A stretch of 64,000 bases of DNA from positions 1,115,513-1,179,512 of the forward strand of contig CAWARZ010000002.1 in the NCBI GenBank assembly GCA_963784695.1, given 5' to 3'. Source of the stretch: an uncultured Chloroflexia bacterium. GTDB lineage: Bacteria; Chloroflexota; Chloroflexia; QHBQ01; JAICKM01. Made by a program: the position numbers and the translations under genes. The notes beneath the pieces were generated by a model. The model saw nothing but the letters and a program-made list of their open reading frames with translations. It did not search any database and was not told the origin of the DNA. Positions 59,196 through 64,000 of the stretch are shown in pieces; positions within the stretch are counted from its first letter, which is position 1; the number at the start of each line of letters is the position of its first letter.

Positions 59196-60221
59196 CTACT
59201 GCGTGGCCGCCGGCCCCTGGGCGTCGGCGGCTTCGTCGCTATACAGCCAACAGCGCGAAGTGCGCGACTCCGGCAGGGCAAACAGGGGCGGCTCCTCGCG
59301 ACGGCAAATGTCCATCACGTGGGGGCAGCGATTGGCGAAGCGGCAGCCCGGCGGCAGGTTCCGCAGGCTCGGCACGGAGCCGGGAATGACGTCGAGGCGG
59401 TCCTTGATCTGGCCCAGCACGGGGATCGAGGCGAGCAGGCCCTGGGTGTAAGGGTGCTTCGGATTGTCGTAGAGGGCGTTGACTTCGGCCTCCTCGACGA
59501 TCTTGCCCGCGTACATGACCGAGATATGGTCGGCCATTTCGGCGACGACCCCCAGGTCGTGCGTGATCAGGATAATCGCGGTGTTGAAATTGGCCTTCAG
59601 GTCCTTCATCAGCTCGAGGATCTGGGCCTGAATGGTTACGTCGAGGGCGGTCGTGGGCTCGTCGGCAATGAGGAGCTCGGGCTCGCAGGCCAGCGCCATG
59701 GCGATCATGACGCGCTGGCACATACCGCCCGACATCTCGTGGGGATAGCTCTGTGCGCGGCGCTTGGCCGCGGGGATGCCCACGATGCTCAACAGCTCGA
59801 CCGAGCGCTTGAGGGCCTGGTCGCGGCTCATGCCGCGGTGCAGCATCAATACTTCGCTGATCTGGTCCCCCACGCGGAAGACCGGATTCAGACAGCTGCC
59901 GGGCTGCTGAAAGATCATGGAGATGCGGTCGCCCCGGATCTTGCACATCTCGTCTTCGCTGAGGGTGATCAGGTCCTTGCCGCCGAACCAGATGCGGCCG
60001 TTGAGGATGCGGCCCGGCTGGCCGATCAGGCGCATAATCGAGAGCGAGGTGACGCTCTTGCCGCAGCCCGATTCGCCCACCAGCCCCATCGTCTCGCCGC
60101 GGCGCAGGCTGAAGCTGACGCCGTCCACGGCGCGGACGACACCGTCCTCGGTGAAGAAGTGAGTTTGGAGGTCTTCGACGCGCAGAATCTCGTTAGGGTC
60201 ACCACCGGGAACCGCCCCCAT
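59196..60221 (-). CDS. Oligopeptide/dipeptide ABC transporter ATP-binding protein (OppD/DppD-like)
   Basis: Track ORF 59196..60401 (TTG) trimmed to the internal ATG (codon 61). [35 protein letters not shown] and GCRFANRCP. The true start (60221 or 60401) is unresolved. Confidence 0.88.
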   Translation of the reverse strand: MGAVPGGDPNEILRVEDLQTHFFTEDGVVRAVDGVSFSLRRGETMGLVGESGCGKSVTSLSIMRLIGQPGRILNGRIWFGGKDLITLSEDEMCKIRGDRISMIFQQPGSCLNPVFRVGDQISEVLMLHRGMSRDQALKRSVELLSIVGIPAAKRRAQSYPHEMSGGMCQRVMIAMALACEPELLIADEPTTALDVTIQAQILELMKDLKANFNTAIILITHDLGVVAEMADHISVMYAGKIVEEAEVNALYDNPKHPYTQGLLASIPVLGQIKDRLDVIPGSVPSLRNLPPGCRFANRCPHVMDICRREEPPLFALPESRTSRCWLYSDEAADAQGPAATQ

Positions 60222-60767
60222 GGTCTGCGTGGCCTGCGTACGCGGGGTCTGGCCGTTCGTGCCGGGGCGGGTGCTGACGGGGGCAGCTTGCGTGTCCAGA
60301 GTTGATCTCCTTTCAGGGCGCGCGGGGTCTGTGCGGCATCGGCGCCGAACAGACGACCTTCCCAAGCCCCCTGTGGGGCACGTGCACGGTGCTAGGCGCA
60401 ATAGGGCATAGTGACGCGCCGGGCTGGGAAGTCAGTTGGCTACAAGTGTAGCAGAAAGGGTCTGTGTTGTCAAATCGTTATACCACGTAGCAGGGCAAGG
60501 TGGTTCAACCATCCGGCCGCGGCCAGGCCGGCCGCATAGCCGCGGGCGTGGGCGGGCACTGGGCCGGGCCGGCGGCGGGATCGCCGTTACATGCCGGTCC
60601 TCCGGGGCCGCCGTGGCACGGCGAACGGCGTCGGTGTTTTGTCAGAGGGCGTGTGTTATCATGTGGCCTGGGGACTTGGCGCGGCGAAGCCCGCCGAGTG
60701 GCGTGTGCCGGGATATGAACGGGCCGGGGCGGGGCAGCCGGCCCTATCGCACAGGTGACGGACCTTT

Positions 60768-61871
60768 ATGCTCGACACACCGGGTGATTGGCCCAAGGTC
60801 GGCTCGTCTCCTTGGGACCGCCTTCCGCTTCGCGGCCTCGCCTGCTGGCGGCTGCGCGGCGAGTGCGCGCCCGCATGGCGGCTCGCCATTCTCTTGCCGG
60901 CCATTCTATGCCTTAGCGCTTGTGCGACCACGTCCGCAGCCACGGGCGCCACAACTCTGGCCCAACAGAACGGGGAGGTATGGGGACTGGCCTTCACCCC
61001 GGACGGTCGAACGCTGGCAACTTGCAGCGCCGAGCCGCTCGGCAAGGATAACGCGGTCCGCCTCTGGGATACGGCCAAGCCGGGGCATCCCCCGCTCGTG
61101 GAGTGGCGATTGCCGGCGGGATGCCGGGCGGTCGCGATCTCACCGGATGGGTTTCGCGTTGCCGCAGGATCCGAGGATGGGATTGTACGGCTCTGGGATA
61201 CCCGCCATCCCGAGCAGGCACCGGCGACCCTGTCAGGCCATACCTCCTGGATCAATGCGGTTACCTTTAGCCCCGACGGGCACCTGCTCGTTTCCGGTAG
61301 TGACGACAACACGGTTCGAGTCTGGGACCTTCAGAACATCACAGGTCCTCCCAGGGTGCTCTCTGACTCCCCGAGTTCGATCTTCTCCCTTGCTTTTGGC
61401 GCGGACAGTCATACGCTAGCAGCAGGGAACCGTTATCACACGATCTATCTTTGGAATCTCACGGCCGCCGCCACGGTCACCCGCGTTCTCACCGTCACCA
61501 GTGGGGTGGTCCAGGGCTTGGCCTATAGCTCCGCGGGCAACCGGCTCGCCTCAGTCGAGCACAGCCAGATCCGAATCTGGAATCTGGGAGACCCTGGGGC
61601 CGGTTCGGCTTTACGCGTGGATCCCCGCTGGATGCTCACGACCGGCACCTTCAGCCCGGACGGACAGCTTTTCGCGGCGGCTGGGGTGGACAAAGTGGTC
61701 CGCATATGGAACCTGGCGCGCCCCTCTGACCCGCCCTGGACACTGGTGGGGCATCGCGGCCCCGTTGGTGCCTTGGCGTTCAGCCCAGATGGCCAGGTGC
61801 TTGCATCCGGCAGCTACGATGGAACGGTCCGGCTATGGCCAGCGCCAAAACCCGCTCCCCCCGCACCATAG
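60768..61871 (+). CDS. WD40 beta-propeller lipoprotein
   Basis: The lipobox LLPAILCLSAC is followed by about seven WD40 repeats (VWGLAFTPDGRTLATCS, VRLWD, INAVTFSPDGHLLVSGSDDNTVRVWD, VGALAFSPDGQVLASGSYDGTVRLW). Confidence 0.88.
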   Translation: MLDTPGDWPKVGSSPWDRLPLRGLACWRLRGECAPAWRLAILLPAILCLSACATTSAATGATTLAQQNGEVWGLAFTPDGRTLATCSAEPLGKDNAVRLWDTAKPGHPPLVEWRLPAGCRAVAISPDGFRVAAGSEDGIVRLWDTRHPEQAPATLSGHTSWINAVTFSPDGHLLVSGSDDNTVRVWDLQNITGPPRVLSDSPSSIFSLAFGADSHTLAAGNRYHTIYLWNLTAAATVTRVLTVTSGVVQGLAYSSAGNRLASVEHSQIRIWNLGDPGAGSALRVDPRWMLTTGTFSPDGQLFAAAGVDKVVRIWNLARPSDPPWTLVGHRGPVGALAFSPDGQVLASGSYDGTVRLWPAPKPAPPAP

Positions 61872-61907
61872 GTGGGGGAGCGAGCGGGAATCGGCAGGAG
61901 GTTGAAA

Positions 61908-63084
61908 GTGCGCGGATCGCCCGAACCGGCGACACGCGAGGCCGCGCTGGAGAAGGATGCGGCGGCCAGCGAAACCAACCACTTCCTGTACAGCTTCGGC
62001 GGCAGCGTGGTGGCGGAGCGGGCGACGACGAGCAGCACGAACTGGCTGGTGTACCTGCACGCCGACCATTTGGGCAGCGTGAGCCTGGTCACGAACACGA
62101 GCGCCCAGCAAGTGAGCGTGCAAGACTTCACGCCGTGGGGCAGCGTGCGGGGCAGCACCGTGCCGGCGAGCACGACCACGCTGAACTACACGGGGCAGCG
62201 GCTGGACGACACGGGGCTCTTGTACTACAATGCGCGTTACTACGACCCGGCGCTCGGGCGCTTCATCAGCCCCGACAGCATCGTGCCTGGCGCCAGCATC
62301 CGGGGTAGGCGGCGCGGCGGACACACTCGGGCAAGATCCGCAGCAGGCGTTGCGCCCGCTCACGGTGGATTTCCACGAAGGCGGCTTCCTCACGAGCATT
62401 GCTCAAGAGGACGCGTTCACGCAGCAGCACGGGTTCTGGTTCGAGCTGAGCAACGCTGATCGCGGCAAGGCGAAGAGCGCCTGGGGACCGGATGACCCGC
62501 AAGCACTCAACCGGTACGCCTACGCACTTGACAACCCGCTGCAGTACACGGATCCCACGGGGCACTACTTCCGGATCATCAAAGCCGTGATGCCGATAAT
62601 GGTGGACTTCTTCGCCAAGGCTGTTCAACAACTGAAAGACTCCTCATCTAGCGTGGACATCCTTGGGGTGCTAGCGAGTGCCGCCAGCGCTGCGCTCCTG
62701 ACCATAGAGAATCCTTTCCTACTCGTGCTGGCATCAGCCGCGGTCGGGTCGATAATCTTAGCCTTCCAGCACGCCGCAGTTAGCAGCGTCAATCAAGCCA
62801 TCGATATACTTCAGCATCTGCATGACTACCTCGACGCTGCGGACATGGCCGGATCGGTTCGCTGGGTGGATCTCTACTTCACGGACGTACGTGTGATGCG
62901 AGGTTGCCCGACGATCGAGACAGGCTATGGGTCCGAGTGTGCGGGCGGCCGAGATCCCACCGACGAAGTGACCCAAGCCACGTTATGGGTCCGTTACGAC
63001 AACGGGCAAGCGCGGGGGTTCACTGTGGACGGGTCCTTTTACAACATCTTCAAGGACTGGTGGGGCGGACCGCCGGCCGAGTAA
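61908..63084 (+). CDS. Orphan RHS C-terminal tip (RHS-associated core ending DPTGH) plus ~170-aa unrecognised C-terminal toxin-like domain, frameshifted as sequenced
   Basis: GGAGG (61897-61901) sits 6 nt before GTG 61908. WLVYLHADHLGSV...YTGQRLDDTGLLYYNARYYDPALGRFISPDSIVPG is in track ORF 61872..62459. The continuation, LRPLTVDFHEGGF...PQALNRYAYALDNPLQYTDPTGH plus the variable domain, is in ORF 62230..63084. Switch near 62296-62300. The span is 1177 nt = 3n+1. Confidence 0.8.
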
Positions 63085-63218
63085 GCGCGCACAGCGAGTT
63101 CGCCTTCCTCCCACGGGAGGCACCTGAAGTCGGCAGCAGTGGCCAGACCGAACGCCCGGAGTTCGATCCCCGGATGTCCGGTCTGGCCCAGGATCATCGA
63201 TGTCACTGGGGGTACGAG

Positions 63219-63767
63219 ATGCGCAAGTTTGTCGAATTGGCCGTGCCGCTCTCTGTTATTCTTGTGCTGGTTTCCGCTTGCGCCACGACCGCCGTCCAAC
63301 AGACCCCAGAGCCGGCCCACGTCCCGACTGATTGGCCAGATGCATTGGCCATCGCCGTGCGCGCGGTCAAGCAGATCAAAGCTTACCCAGTGCTAATGTG
63401 GGTGGAAGCGGACCCGGTCGGGGACAACTGGGTCGCCGATGCTCAACATGCGCCTCCGCTGAACACGAGGTTTGCCTTCGCTGATGGCACAGATCCCGAG
63501 CCCGGCACACTCGATATGTCGCTGGTCAGCTTCATCAACCCTCCGATAACCAGCACTATTACTGTGGAGCGTGACTACGGCAAAGAGATCGATCCAGACG
63601 TCAGTTCTACCGAGCATCGCCTACAGATGCGCGATGACTTCATGAGGGATGAAGCTCGGTCCTCAAGATGTTTTTCGCGTGACAAGCCAAGAAGGCCTGG
63701 CATACCTCGGCAGTACACGCACTTCGACCTCGTTGGCTATCATCTCCCTATCTGTAAGCGAGTTTGA
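63219..63767 (+). CDS. Lipoprotein, candidate immunity protein for the RHS-tip toxin
   Basis: Track ORF 62904..63767 trimmed to ATG 63219. MRKFVELAVPLSVILVLVSACATT is a signal peptide plus lipobox. Lower GC than the rest of the window. The last ~40 codons overlap ORF 63649..63963 and look out of frame. Confidence 0.55.
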   Translation: MRKFVELAVPLSVILVLVSACATTAVQQTPEPAHVPTDWPDALAIAVRAVKQIKAYPVLMWVEADPVGDNWVADAQHAPPLNTRFAFADGTDPEPGTLDMSLVSFINPPITSTITVERDYGKEIDPDVSSTEHRLQMRDDFMRDEARSSRCFSRDKPRRPGIPRQYTHFDLVGYHLPICKRV

Positions 63768-63963
63768 TCTCGGTCAGTTCTTCACGCCCGAGAAACGCAA
63801 GACAGCGCCGGAAATCGTGTGGGCCATCAGGTATCGGAAGGAACACCAGGATTTGCGTTTTCTCATTGATCCCTACACTGGAGAGGCCCTGTATCGAGTT
63901 ATAGAAGGGTCCGGCAACAGCCCATCCTGGCCGGCCGCAGCAACGCGCTCTCCTACCCGCTAA
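63649..63963 (+). CDS. Hypothetical protein, or the frameshifted second domain of the 63219 lipoprotein
   Basis: MKLGPQDVFRVTSQEGLAYLGS...WAIRYRKEHQDLRFLIDPYTGEALYRVIEG is a PepSY-like pattern resembling the first half of the preceding ORF. The joint span 63219..63963 is 745 nt = 3n+1. Confidence 0.45.
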   Translation: MKLGPQDVFRVTSQEGLAYLGSTRTSTSLAIISLSVSEFDLGQFFTPEKRKTAPEIVWAIRYRKEHQDLRFLIDPYTGEALYRVIEGSGNSPSWPAAATRSPTR

Positions 63964-64000
63964 TCCGTGGGAGGCAGGCGGCCGGGCCCCAGCCCCGCGT

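Noticed and set aside
61869-61910. WD40-RHS fusion protein produced by TAG read-through or a sequencing error at the stop codon
   Set aside because: Sharing a frame has a 1-in-3 chance by itself. The 36-nt spacer contains a good GGAGG plus GTG start for the tip. RHS homology begins only ~30 codons later. I kept it as a check inside the RHS finding, not as the preferred model.
63150-63180. tRNA-like fragment (gagttcgatcccc resembles a T-loop) that could mark an integration site
   Set aside because: The flanking bases do not form a T-stem or an acceptor stem, and no matching tRNA 3' end or integrase is nearby. The tRNA-Ser at 39428 has no repeat of its 3' end downstream.

Overview
This is a GC-rich window. 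Hand counts of single 60-nt lines give about 70% GC in core genes. It contains about 60 protein genes and one tRNA, with no rRNA, CRISPR array, transposase or integrase. The gene content (HU, WD40 and TPR proteins, an O-antigen-ligase/TPR giant protein, an RHS core containing LTVDFHE) suggests a filamentous Chloroflexota-like genome, but that is only inference.

Gene order from left to right:
- rhaM-rhaA (rhaA is cut by the window edge), sodA, a TPR/Rossmann/DinB operon, HU and a NUDIX hydrolase.
- Two response regulators, then an operon of a GAF histidine kinase, an M20 peptidase and a NarL-type regulator; an SDR and aspA.
- A 1.5-kb gene-poor stretch that ends in a strong intrinsic terminator.
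- Three tandem double-GNAT paralogs interrupted by an ArsR-DUF2087 regulator, with a fourth paralog at 43 kb.
- An MBL-fold hydrolase and recN.
- A group-3b-like [NiFe]-hydrogenase locus: hyhB, a cNMP-binding gene, hyhS, hyhL, the maturation protease, hypA and a GyrI-like gene, then nagA on the opposite strand, then hypFCDE.
- An O-antigen-ligase/TPR protein, a WecA-like GT4, tRNA-Ser(GCU), glpX, rho, a metallophosphoesterase and AlaX.
- A stand-alone hyhG, an OmpR-type two-component pair and a penicillin-acylase-family gene.
- A ketosynthase with an SRPBCC protein, then deoC with a fused double aldehyde dehydrogenase.
- An oppDF-like ATPase pair and a WD40 lipoprotein.
- At the right edge, a lower-GC cassette made of an orphan RHS C-terminal tip, an unrecognised toxin-like domain and a candidate lipoprotein immunity gene.

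Main points worth a second look:
1. The free-standing RHS-tip/toxin/immunity cassette.
2. The hydrogenase operon, whose diaphorase gene hyhG sits 21 kb away. It also has a cysteine-free HypA with its zinc domain deleted, and no hypB in the window.
3. The GNAT paralog array.
4. A foldback repeat family at two loci that shows stem covariation.
5. Eight or nine otherwise intact genes broken by single-base frameshifts. These look like assembly indels and must be resolved before calling any pseudogene.

Many long ORFs in the supplied track are antisense or out-of-frame artefacts of the high GC content and were not called.
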